The translations under genes were made by a program, and so were the position numbers. The notes beneath the pieces were generated by a model that saw only the letters and a list, made by a program, of their open reading frames with translations, had not been told where the DNA came from and ran no database searches. A stretch of DNA of 64,000 nucleotides from Acidimicrobiaceae bacterium (GTDB lineage Bacteria > Actinomycetota > Acidimicrobiia > Acidimicrobiales > RAAP-2): the NCBI GenBank assembly GCA_027451285.1, contig DAIDJP010000019.1:9041-73040 (forward strand), read 5' to 3'. Within the stretch, counting starts at the first letter, position 1; the number at the start of each line of letters is the position of its first letter. Shown piece by piece: positions 18,232 through 26,846 of this stretch.

Positions 18232-19267
18232 GGGCGTGCGCCTCGGCGACGCCGACGCCCCCGCGAGAATCCTCGGCCTCGACCGGCTCCAGCTGGCGCT
18301 GCTCGCCCTCGGCGCGGGGGTGCTCGCCGACGCGCTGATGCGCACGCACCTCGTGGTCCAGGTGGGTCTGGGCGTCGCACTGCTCGCCGCGGCGCTGCCC
18401 GTGGGCGAGCGGGTGAGCGTCGCCGAGCGAGTGGGACTCGCGCTCGCCTACGCAGCGCGGCCCCACGTCACCTCGGTCGTGATCGAGCGCGGCGACCCGT
18501 GCGTCGTTCACGCGCTCGCGAGCGCGACCACGCGCGGCTACGCGCTACGTCACCGGGGTCGGCTCGATCTCAGCGGGGCCGACCTCGAGTTGGCGCGTCG
18601 CGTGGCCCAGAGCCTCGACGCCCTCGCGACGGCGCCGAGCGGGCGTCACGCGTCGCTGCACGTCGTGCGCGACGACGACGTCGCCACGCTCTTGTGCCTC
18701 GGCGGGCGTGCACCCGAGGGGTGGACCCGCGACGATGACCTGCTCGCGCGCGTCAGCGGAGTGGGACTGGCCGATCACCTCTGGCTCTTAGAGCGCCTGA
18801 GCTACCTGCGTACCACCGACGGGGTCTGTCGCGTGCTGCGGGTGCGCGACTACTCGGCCGCGGCCGTGCCGCTGCTCGCCGGATTGCAGCGCGGCAAGGC
18901 GAGGACGACGGTGTCGCTGCACCTTGACGTGCTCGAGGACGCTCGCGCCCGAAGGCGGGTCGAGCGACTGAGTCACGCCGCGACGAGCAACGAGGCGGCC
19001 GCCAGCACGTGGGGCTTTCGCGAGACCTCGCGCGCGCGACGGCGCGTGGCGCGCACGCTCGAGCGCGAGGCGCGCGTCGCCGAAGGGCGCGCCCTGGTGC
19101 GTCTCGCGGTCTTCGTCACGGTGCGGGCCACGCGCCTCGATGACCTCGACGACGCGGTCGATGGGGTCCTGCGAGCGGCCCGCGAGTATGGCCTCGTGCT
19201 CGATCGCGGTCTGGGTCGTCAGGCCCGCTGGTACTGCCAGTCGCTCCCGGGAGGTCCCGGCTGGTGA
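18224..19267 (+). CDS. PrgI/VirB3-like (SCO6880-type) protein
   Basis: N-terminal two-TM PrgI-like segment (ILGLDRLQLALL) then soluble domain ending Q-R-Y--SLPGG; sits between the VirB6-like and VirB4-like genes. Confidence 0.6.
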   Translation: MSEGVRLGDADAPARILGLDRLQLALLALGAGVLADALMRTHLVVQVGLGVALLAAALPVGERVSVAERVGLALAYAARPHVTSVVIERGDPCVVHALASATTRGYALRHRGRLDLSGADLELARRVAQSLDALATAPSGRHASLHVVRDDDVATLLCLGGRAPEGWTRDDDLLARVSGVGLADHLWLLERLSYLRTTDGVCRVLRVRDYSAAAVPLLAGLQRGKARTTVSLHLDVLEDARARRRVERLSHAATSNEAAASTWGFRETSRARRRVARTLEREARVAEGRALVRLAVFVTVRATRLDDLDDAVDGVLRAAREYGLVLDRGLGRQARWYCQSLPGGPGW

Positions 19268-20415
19268 GGGCGTGGACCCACCTGGCCACGTCCGAGGACG
19301 TGCTGGACCTGCGCCTGCCGGCCCACGACGCGGGCACGGGCCTCGCGGGGCGCCCCCTCGGCGACTGTCTGGGCGGTGGCGAGTTCGTCTACGAGCCCTT
19401 CGACGCCTACGGCGCCGGTCTGGTCGCCAACCCGAACCTTCTCGTGGCTGGCTCCATCGGCGCGGGCAAGTCGACACTGGTGAAGATGGTGATCGACCGG
19501 GGCCTCGCGCGCGGCCGCGGGGTGGTCGTGGTCGATCCCAAGGGCGAGTACGGGGCGCTCGCCGCCTCCTACGGTGTGACGCCCCTGGTGCTGGGCCGCG
19601 ACGGGTGGTGCGACCCGTTCGAGGACGAGAGCCGCGCCCGCGACCTCGTACGCGCCCTGCTCGCCAGTGCGGCCGGCGGGCTCTCTGACGAACTGCACTT
19701 CGCCCTCGACGAGACTTGGCGGACGCTTCCGGCGCCGCGACCGCGCCGGCTGCTCGCGGCGCTGCACGAGCGCTTGCGCAGTGACCTGCACGGTCCGGCC
19801 GGCGCGCGTCGCTCGCTCGCTCTCATCGTGCGCCGCTTCGTCGAGGGCGACCTCGCGGGACTCTTCGACGGCGAAGGACCGGCGCTCTCGCTCGAGGGTG
19901 ATCTGGTCGTGCTCGATCTCAGCGCGCAGTGGTCGGGTGACTCGCTCGCGGTGGCGGCGCTCTCGGCCGCCGCCGCCGGTGCCAACCTGGCTCGCCCCGA
20001 CCGTCCGGGATATCTCGTCCTCGACGAGGCGTGGGTGCTGTTGAGCGATCCGGCGTCGCTGCGCTGGCTGCGCGGATCCTGGAAGCTGGCGCGATCGCGC
20101 GGGATCAGCCACGTGCTCGTCCTGCACCGCTTCAGCGACGTGGGCGCGGCCGGCGACGCCGGCAGCGCGACGCGCGAGAGCGCGCTGGGACTGCTGCGCG
20201 AGTGCGAGACGACGTGGCTCTTTCGCCAGGGCGCCGACGAGGCCCGCGAGATCGCGACGGCCCTCTCGCTGCACGCGAACGAGTCGCGCTACCTCGTCGC
20301 GCTACCGCGCGGGGCCGCCCTCGTGCGCTACGGCGCGTTTCGCTCGGTCGTGCGGGTGATCCCCGACGCGCGCGACGCGCGCTTCATCGACACCGATTCG
20401 GCGATGCGCGCGTGA
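19264..20415 (+). CDS. VirB4-like ATPase (compact)
   Basis: NPNLLVAGSIGAGKST, VVDPKGEY, VLDEAW, KLARSRG, HRFSD. Confidence 0.85.
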   Translation: MRAWTHLATSEDVLDLRLPAHDAGTGLAGRPLGDCLGGGEFVYEPFDAYGAGLVANPNLLVAGSIGAGKSTLVKMVIDRGLARGRGVVVVDPKGEYGALAASYGVTPLVLGRDGWCDPFEDESRARDLVRALLASAAGGLSDELHFALDETWRTLPAPRPRRLLAALHERLRSDLHGPAGARRSLALIVRRFVEGDLAGLFDGEGPALSLEGDLVVLDLSAQWSGDSLAVAALSAAAAGANLARPDRPGYLVLDEAWVLLSDPASLRWLRGSWKLARSRGISHVLVLHRFSDVGAAGDAGSATRESALGLLRECETTWLFRQGADEAREIATALSLHANESRYLVALPRGAALVRYGAFRSVVRVIPDARDARFIDTDSAMRA

Positions 20416-21575
20416 CCGACCGTCTCGTCCTCGGGCGGCGCACGTTGCGCGGCGTCGCTCTGGGTCCGCGACTGCGCCTCGGCGAGCGCAGCTCGCTGCT
20501 GGTGGTGGGACCCACCCAGGTGGGCAAGACCTCTTCTCTGGTGGTGCCGGCGATCCTCTCGTGGAGTGACGCGCTGGTCGTCACCAGCGTCAAGTCCGAC
20601 GTCGTCGAGACGACGCGGCGTTGGCGCGGGGCGCTCGGCGCGGTCCAGGTCCTCGAGCCCGGACGCGACGGTGGACTCACCTGGGATCCGCTCGAGCGCG
20701 TCGAGTCGCTGCGCCACGCGCTGCGCGTGGCGCACGAGCTGACCAGCCGCGCGAGCCCCCACGCGGATTCGGAGTTCTGGAACGCGCTCGCCACCAAGCT
20801 GGTGGCCGCCCTGTTCGTGATCGCGCGACAGAGTCGGCGCAGCGTCTTTGACGTCGCGCGGGTCCTCGACACGCGCGCCTTCGACGAGTGGCTCACCAGC
20901 CCGGGCGAGGCCGCGGATCTCCTGCGGGGGTTCCTCGAGCACGACGCCAAGACGGTCGACGGCGTGATCACGACGGCCGAGACGATGCTGCTGGCCTGGC
21001 GCTTCGCCCAGCCGCTCGCCCGAGTGCGCGACGTCGTCCACGGACCCCACACCCTCTACCTGGTCAGCCCGCGCGGCGAGCAACGCCACTACGAATCGCT
21101 CTTTCGCGGAGCGCTGCGCGCGGTGCTCGAAGAGCAGCAGCGACTCGTCGACGCGGGCAGCGCCCGGCGGCTGCTGCTCGTGCTCGACGAGGCGGCCAGC
21201 GTCGCGCCCCTCGAGGACCTCGACGAGCTGGCCGCGACGCTCGCGGGGCTCTCGGTCACGCTGGTGACCGTGGTCCAGGACTTCGCGCAGCTGAACGCCC
21301 GCTGGGGCAAGCGCGCGGCGACCATCGTGAACAATCACACCACGCGTCTCGTCCTGGGCGGTCTGGCCGATCCGGCGGTCGCCACCTTCCTGCCCGAGGC
21401 GGCCGGTTCCAGCGAGGCGCCGCTGCGGCGGCTCTCGCCGGGGACGGGACTCGTGGTGTCGCGCTCGGCCCCGGTCGCGCCGGTTCGCCTGGTGCCGTGG
21501 TGGCGCCAGCGCCACCTCCGTCACCGTGGTCGCCGCGACGTCGCTACGATTCGCTGGTGGAATCGACGCACCTGA
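20412..21575 (+). CDS. VirD4/TraG-like type IV coupling protein (no N-terminal TM anchor)
   Basis: VVGPTQVGKTSSLVVPAIL, VVTSVKSD, LDEAASVAPL, VQDFAQL-ARWG, NNH; GTGA overlap with the VirB4-like gene. Confidence 0.85.
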   Translation: MTDRLVLGRRTLRGVALGPRLRLGERSSLLVVGPTQVGKTSSLVVPAILSWSDALVVTSVKSDVVETTRRWRGALGAVQVLEPGRDGGLTWDPLERVESLRHALRVAHELTSRASPHADSEFWNALATKLVAALFVIARQSRRSVFDVARVLDTRAFDEWLTSPGEAADLLRGFLEHDAKTVDGVITTAETMLLAWRFAQPLARVRDVVHGPHTLYLVSPRGEQRHYESLFRGALRAVLEEQQRLVDAGSARRLLLVLDEAASVAPLEDLDELAATLAGLSVTLVTVVQDFAQLNARWGKRAATIVNNHTTRLVLGGLADPAVATFLPEAAGSSEAPLRRLSPGTGLVVSRSAPVAPVRLVPWWRQRHLRHRGRRDVATIRWWNRRT

Positions 21576-22309
21576 CGAGCGGGGCCCTGCTCGCGGTCGA
21601 CATCGGGGCGACCAACATCAAGTACTGCCTGGTCGACGCGGACGGCACCCTGCTCGAGGATCCGCGACGACGCCCGACGCCCTATCCGTGCACGCCCGAG
21701 CGGCTGGTTGGGGTGGTCGCTGACCGGATCATCAAGGCCAAGGTCGAGCGCGCCGGGGTGGGCTTTCCCGGGGAATTCACCGACGGACGCGTGGTGCACC
21801 CGGGCAACCTGTCGCGTCCGGGCGGGGTCGCCACGCCCGTGGACCCCGACCTTGACGCGCACTGGCGCGGCTTCGAGCTCCAGCGCGCGCTGCGCGAGGC
21901 GACCGGCGCCGACGTGCGCATGGTGAACGACGCGTCCCTGGCGGCTCTGGGCGCGAGTCAGGGGGTGGGTCGCGAGGTAGTGATCACCCTCGGCACGGGG
22001 TGCGGGCTCGCCCTCGTCGTCGACGGCGAGCTCGTGCGCGTGCGCGACGTCGGCGCGGCGCCCTTCGACGAGGGTCGCACGTTCGACCAGGCGCTGGGCG
22101 AGCGGGCCCGCGCCGAGGACGAGGCCCGCTGGCATCGCGACCTCGTGAAGGCGGTCGCCGGCTTCACCGAGGAGTTCGCCGCCACCGCGATCCACCTCGC
22201 CGGCGGCAACGCGCGGCGCGTGACGCCCGACGTCTTCTCCACGCTGGCGGTGCCCGTCGAGATCGACGGCAACTTCGCGCCGCTGCGCGGCGCCGCCCGG
22301 CTCTTCTAG
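21557..22309 (+). CDS. ROK family sugar kinase (polyphosphate glucokinase-like)
   Basis: VDIGATNIK, GVGFPG, NDASLAALG, TLGTGCG, GGGN-like IHLAGGN; own leaderless -10 TACGAT at 21545. Confidence 0.8.
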   Translation: MESTHLTSGALLAVDIGATNIKYCLVDADGTLLEDPRRRPTPYPCTPERLVGVVADRIIKAKVERAGVGFPGEFTDGRVVHPGNLSRPGGVATPVDPDLDAHWRGFELQRALREATGADVRMVNDASLAALGASQGVGREVVITLGTGCGLALVVDGELVRVRDVGAAPFDEGRTFDQALGERARAEDEARWHRDLVKAVAGFTEEFAATAIHLAGGNARRVTPDVFSTLAVPVEIDGNFAPLRGAARLF

Positions 22310-23487
22310 CTTCGCGCGAGCGCCAGCGCGCCCGTCGCGAGCGTCGTGGCGAAGACCCGACAGGCCTCGTCGACGACGACGAAGTCCGGGCTGTGGTGCA
22401 TGCCGCTCGAGCCGTCGGGCGCGGCCCCGCCGACGAAGAGGTAGCAGCCGGGCACGCGGTTCAAGAGCTCGGAGACGTCGTCGCTGGGACTCACCGGGCC
22501 CATCTCGGCGTAGAGGACGCCCGGGGCCAGCCCGAGCGCGTCGGCGACGATCGCCATCGCGTGGGCGTCGTTGGTCACGGCGGGGGTCGAGACCGTGAAG
22601 TCGATGTGGGCCGTGACCGAGAACTGGCTGGCGACCGACGCGACGAGCGCGTTGAGCCGCGCCAGGGCTTCGACTCGCTGGTCGTCGGTGAAGGTGCGTA
22701 GCGTGCCCGAGAGGCTGGCGTCGCGTGGCACCACGTTGGGCGCGGTGCCGGCGCGGATCATCCCGGCCGAACACGCGCACGCGGTGCCCTCGAAGGAGAG
22801 CCCCTCGACGACCTCGCCCAGGCGCGGGGCGAGGGCGCTGACCGCGAGCACGACGTTGCCGTCGACGCTCGCCATGGCGCCGTGGCCGCCCGCGCCGGCG
22901 AGGCGGATGTCGAAGGCGTGGGCCTCGCTCATGATGACTCCGGGACGCGCCGTGACGAAGCCGACGGGACCCAGGCTCGACACGTGGGCGCCGATCACGT
23001 AGTCGACGTCGCGCCCCTCGAGCAGGCCTCGCTCGAGCATGGCGCGCGCGCCGCCGAGGCCCTCCTCGGCCGGCTGGAAGACCAGCGTGAAGGTGCCGAC
23101 GAGTTCACCCGCCTCGTGCAGTCGCGCGAAGAGGTCGGCCACCCCGAGCGCCGCGGCGGTGTGCACGTCGTGGCCGCAGGCGTGCATGACGCCCGCGGTC
23201 TCGCTGGAAAAGGCGAGGTCGGTCTCCTCGCTCACCGGCAGGGCGTCGATGTCCGCGCGGATCAGGACGCGATGTCCCGGCGCACCCTCCAATGTGGCCA
23301 CCGCGCCCGTCTCGGTCGGGCACTCCTCGAGGCGCCAGCCGAGTGCCACGAGCCGCTCGCGGATCACCTGGCTGGTGCGGAACTCGGCGAAGGAGAGCTC
23401 GGGGTGGGCGTGCAGGTCGTGGCGGATCGCCACCATCGGGCCCTCCACGAGGTCGAGGAGTCGAGGCAGGTCGTCGGTCAGGGCCAT
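22306..23487 (-). CDS. M20 family amidohydrolase
   Basis: HAHPELSFAE, RADIDALP, MHACGHDVH, FQPAEEG, HHSP; leaderless TACCAT. Confidence 0.9.
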   Translation of the reverse strand: MALTDDLPRLLDLVEGPMVAIRHDLHAHPELSFAEFRTSQVIRERLVALGWRLEECPTETGAVATLEGAPGHRVLIRADIDALPVSEETDLAFSSETAGVMHACGHDVHTAAALGVADLFARLHEAGELVGTFTLVFQPAEEGLGGARAMLERGLLEGRDVDYVIGAHVSSLGPVGFVTARPGVIMSEAHAFDIRLAGAGGHGAMASVDGNVVLAVSALAPRLGEVVEGLSFEGTACACSAGMIRAGTAPNVVPRDASLSGTLRTFTDDQRVEALARLNALVASVASQFSVTAHIDFTVSTPAVTNDAHAMAIVADALGLAPGVLYAEMGPVSPSDDVSELLNRVPGCYLFVGGAAPDGSSGMHHSPDFVVVDEACRVFATTLATGALALARS

Positions 23488-23552
23488 TGGGGCATGGTAG
23501 AGGCGAGGCCGCCCTTGGTCGAGGACCGCTAGGATAGGAGGCCTGTATTACT

Positions 23553-23626
23553 GCGGCTGTAGCTCAGCGGATTAGAGCATCGGTCTACGGAACCGAGGGT
23601 CGGGGGTTCGAATCCCTCCAGCCGCA
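23553..23626 (+). tRNA. tRNA-Arg (ACG)
   Basis: Acceptor GCGGCTG/CAGCCGC, anticodon arm TCGGT-CTACGGA-ACCGA, T-loop GTTCGAATC; CCA not encoded. Confidence 0.95.
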
Positions 23627-23826
23627 CTGCGAGACCTGAATCTCAGGTTCGGGTCCACGTGTCGGTGAATCCACGTGGTCCGGGCCCGGCCATCGGAGCA
23701 ACGGTGGATCGAAGAGGTCTACGCCTGGTGTTCTAACGACGTCGAGGCCGTTCGTCGAACTGGCCGACCCCGCGCCGATGGAGCGTCGTCAGCGACCGTG
23801 ATGGTCAAGGCTCTCAGTGTTGATCA

Positions 23827-23874
23827 CTCGGCCGGCGGGTGGCGCTCGTGAAAACGAGCGACCCGCCGGCCGAG
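23827..23874 (-). terminator. Long hairpin / intrinsic terminator
   Basis: CTCGGCCGGCGGGT-(GG)-CGCTCGT-GAAA-ACGAGCG-ACCCGCCGGCCGAG, just past the stop at 23890. Confidence 0.75.
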
Positions 23875-23889
23875 TTGACGACGCTGCTT

Positions 23890-25071
23890 CTAGCGCTGGT
23901 TGTAGCGCACCGACGTGCGCTGACCGTGAGCGAACACGAGGAAGAACGTGTGTACGCCGCGCGGAGCCGACGCGGAGATCGTCACGCGAATGGTGAGAAC
24001 CTGACCCGTGTCACGAATGACGCCGACCCTGGTTCCACCCACGCTGCTGGTGAAGCGGGGCTGACCGTAGAAGTGGGCGCCGATGACCGACGTGACGATG
24101 GAGCGGTTCGTGAAGACGGCAGAGCTCATCTTGATCGCGAACGGCGCGGTGGCCACTCGGCGAGCGAGTGAGACCGTCGTGGCGTTCGACGTCGCGTCGA
24201 GGTAGATGGTGTCACCGGCCTTCATCGCGGTGACCTGGCAGGTGCCGGTGGTTGACGCACGCAAGATGCCACTGGACACCGAGCACAACGCGCTGCCGGC
24301 GCTGGTGACGGCGTAGGTGACTGCGCCCGATCCAGAACCGCCCGACGAGGTCAGGGCGAGCCCGGTTCCGACGAACCCGTTCACACTGGTGAGGTAGAGG
24401 GGCGCCTGGGTCTTCAGGGCCGTCGTACGCACCGTGATGCTCTGACGAATCTGCACGGCGGCGGCAAAGGCACCGTTGCCGGCGTCGTTGAAGTCCACCA
24501 AGCACGTGCCCGGAGCGGTGAAGCTGATCTTGTTGCCCGACTTCAGCGCGCAGCCCGTGGAGTTTCCGTCAAGGGAGATCTTCACGGTGTCGCCCGAGGT
24601 GGCCGTGGCACTCGCGCTGTAGGTGCTGTGCACGATTCCCGTTGTCGGGGCCGTGCTGGGGTGGATCGTGTTGGCCGAATACACCTGAACGTGCTGTTGC
24701 ACCTGGTTCGCCGCGGCGTAGGTCGCGTTGCCGGCGTCGTTGAAGTTGATCACGCAACTACCCGTTCCGGTGAAGCTGACTTTGGCTCCGGCGAGCGTGC
24801 AACCGGTGGAGGTGGCATCGGTCGAGATGATCACGGTGTCGCCAGAGGTGGCCGTGGCACTCGCTACGAAGGACCCGCCCGCGCTGCCGGCCGACGGGGC
24901 CGCCACCGCGGTGATGGTGTTCGTCTTCGTCCCCGCGGCTGATGCGGGCCCGGCGGCCGCGAAGTTCAACCCCGCGACCAGGAGCGCCGCGGTCGCCGCC
25001 GAGGCGATGAACGGGGTTGTGAGGGATCTCGTCAACCAACGACGAGTGTGGACGTTTGAAGTGTTTCGCAC
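23890..25071 (-). CDS. Secreted Ser/Thr/Gly-rich protein with tandem Ig-like repeats
   Basis: Signal peptide; two near-identical repeats (SATATSGDTV-IS-D--STGC-L ... G-C--NFNDAGN--(Y/F)AAA-Q) plus a third diverged copy. Confidence 0.75.
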   Translation of the reverse strand: MRNTSNVHTRRWLTRSLTTPFIASAATAALLVAGLNFAAAGPASAAGTKTNTITAVAAPSAGSAGGSFVASATATSGDTVIISTDATSTGCTLAGAKVSFTGTGSCVINFNDAGNATYAAANQVQQHVQVYSANTIHPSTAPTTGIVHSTYSASATATSGDTVKISLDGNSTGCALKSGNKISFTAPGTCLVDFNDAGNGAFAAAVQIRQSITVRTTALKTQAPLYLTSVNGFVGTGLALTSSGGSGSGAVTYAVTSAGSALCSVSSGILRASTTGTCQVTAMKAGDTIYLDATSNATTVSLARRVATAPFAIKMSSAVFTNRSIVTSVIGAHFYGQPRFTSSVGGTRVGVIRDTGQVLTIRVTISASAPRGVHTFFLVFAHGQRTSVRYNQR

Positions 25072-25094
25072 TGTGCTTCCTGTCTTCTGATGGA

Positions 25095-25113
25095 GTCTGA
25101 CGATGTGTCAGAC
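25095..25113. promoter_or_regulatory. Palindromic candidate operator
   Basis: GTCTGAC-N5-GTCAGAC, 24 nt upstream of the Ig-like gene start. Confidence 0.4.
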
Positions 25114-25342
25114 AAGAAGGAAGCAGGTTTCTAGACGTCCTGAGAAGTAGCGTACTTCGTCCATCCCCCAATTACTGGTCGGGCACGATGTCGCCTCCGG
25201 GTGGCACGTTCGTCGTAAGTATCCCGCTCAACGCCGCGTTTGCGTGCTGGGTCCACTGCCTGCGGCGTCGCCAGCGGCGCGTGGACACCGTTCACGGCGT
25301 CGCGACGTGGTGAGGGGAACCTCGTCGAGGTCGGGTCGCGAC

Positions 25343-26467
25343 TCAGGTGCGTTGACGGAGCTCTTCGAAGAGTTCCTTGATCTCGTCGGGACCCATCCCT
25401 GAGAACGGCGGCTCGTCACCACCGACGACACGCACCATCGAGGGATGACACGAGAAGTTCACCAGTCGCCCGCCGCGTCGCATCTCGAGGCGCGGATCGA
25501 AGCGCACCGACACGCGCCACTCCCCGCGCCAGGAGAGCCAGTCGACGACGCCGGTCGCCCAGCCATATCGCGGACTCTGCCGATTGGCCAGGGCGATGGT
25601 CTCGACCCTGGTGGCGAAGGTCGGCAGCTCGCGACGGGGCGCGGGCAGGATTCCCGCCGCCACGACCTGGGCGACCGCGTCGGCCACCCACCTGCCTTCG
25701 AGGGCGTCGTCGTACCGGTCCAGACGTCCGGAGAAGCCGATGTCCTCGCGCACGGCGATGTGGGCCGGACACGCCAAGAGGTGAGCGAGGTCGGCGTCGC
25801 TCCAGATGCTGATCATCCCGTCACCGAAGTGTGCGAGGGCCCGGGACCTCTCGCGTTCAGCGGCCGACTTCGTGGGGTGAGCTCGCTGGCGCGCGGGCGC
25901 GGGCGCGGGCGCTGGCGCCGGTCGCGCCGGCGCCGGCGCCGCGGCGAACTGACTCTGGCGAGAGTGGTAGAGGCGCTCGATCGCGTCGGGTGACATCTGC
26001 GAGAACGGCGGCTCGTCGCTGTCGATCACGTGCACCATCCACACGAAGGTGTCGGTGCCGTAGATCGGATAGCCCTGCCATCCGCCGGTGCAGTGGTCGA
26101 ACTCGACGTGAACGCGCCACGTGGCGGAGCCGTGACTCCACGAGAGGCTGGTGACCGTTCCGACGCCGTAGCGGCCGGCGGGACTCGGACGGCCCCCGAT
26201 CTCGATCGTTTCGACTCGAGCACCCAGACGGGGAAGTTCGTGAGTCGGCGCCGGGAGGAGACCTCGGGCCACTACCTGATGTGCGCCGTCGGCCACTGCG
26301 ACGACGCCGTCGGCGTCGTCGTCCCAGCGCAGCCCCTCAAAGAGGGCCGACGTGTGCTCGCCGAACGGGTCGGGGTTCGCGAGGACGAGGTCCAGTTCAA
26401 ACTGGTTACGCACTCGAATTGGCCCATCGCCGAAGTAGGCCCACGCGGGGGGTCGGGTGTCTTGCAT
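25343..26467 (-). CDS. Hypothetical protein made of two tandem copies of an unknown domain
   Basis: GGAGG SD before ATG 26467; FGDG, LPAP--ELP, RVETI, SW---WRV-V-FD and DEPPFS-M-PD each occur twice. Confidence 0.75.
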   Translation of the reverse strand: MQDTRPPAWAYFGDGPIRVRNQFELDLVLANPDPFGEHTSALFEGLRWDDDADGVVAVADGAHQVVARGLLPAPTHELPRLGARVETIEIGGRPSPAGRYGVGTVTSLSWSHGSATWRVHVEFDHCTGGWQGYPIYGTDTFVWMVHVIDSDEPPFSQMSPDAIERLYHSRQSQFAAAPAPARPAPAPAPAPARQRAHPTKSAAERERSRALAHFGDGMISIWSDADLAHLLACPAHIAVREDIGFSGRLDRYDDALEGRWVADAVAQVVAAGILPAPRRELPTFATRVETIALANRQSPRYGWATGVVDWLSWRGEWRVSVRFDPRLEMRRGGRLVNFSCHPSMVRVVGGDEPPFSGMGPDEIKELFEELRQRT

Positions 26468-26846
26468 GATTCCTCCATCGCATGGCGTTCGCACCGTTGC
26501 CCTTCGGCTGGTTGCGGCGACGTCACCGGGCCATGTCCCTCGGTCGCTCTTGATGTAGGCCTGCAGTGTACCGCCCACCTCTGACGGCGGCGAGGAGAGC
26601 CAACGCTACGCGGCGAGTCAGCGTGCCGGTCCGCGGGGGCGGACGCGGCACCACCGTCAGTTGAGAATCGCCTCAGACGTCTCACCGTCTCACCGGTCCT
26701 CGTCGCCAGTCGCGAACTACGTTCACAGAAACGACCGCGAAGCGGACGGGAGCGGTTCCTCAGTCGCAACGATCGTCACCTCGCGGGCCGCGGGCGACGT
26801 CCAACCCAAAGGGGGCCACGGTGCCCAGGTCACCAGATATCGCCTA

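Noticed and set aside
20031-22309. Long N-terminal extensions of ORFs 20031..21575 and 20888..22309
   Set aside because: Off-frame overlaps with the neighbouring real genes. True starts are at 20412 (GTGA coupling) and 21557 (leaderless -10).
21557-22309. ROK kinase as a sixth gene of the T4SS-like operon
   Set aside because: It overlaps the VirD4-like gene but has its own TACGAT-N6-GTG leaderless signal, so it is probably a resident gene with independent expression.
16770-23630. Intact ICE/AICE integrated at tRNA-Arg
   Set aside because: No integrase, excisionase, relaxase, Rep or FtsK/TraB gene, and no att duplication seen. Housekeeping genes lie between the operon and the tRNA.
25072-25342. 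c-di-AMP (ydaO) riboswitch upstream of the secreted Ig-like gene
   Set aside because: The conserved GCTGAATC/GGGAACC-type elements were not found on the coding strand.
25890-25950. GC-rich micro-repeats (GCGCGG/GGCGCC)
   Set aside because: They simply encode the Pro/Ala linker of the duplicated-domain protein.
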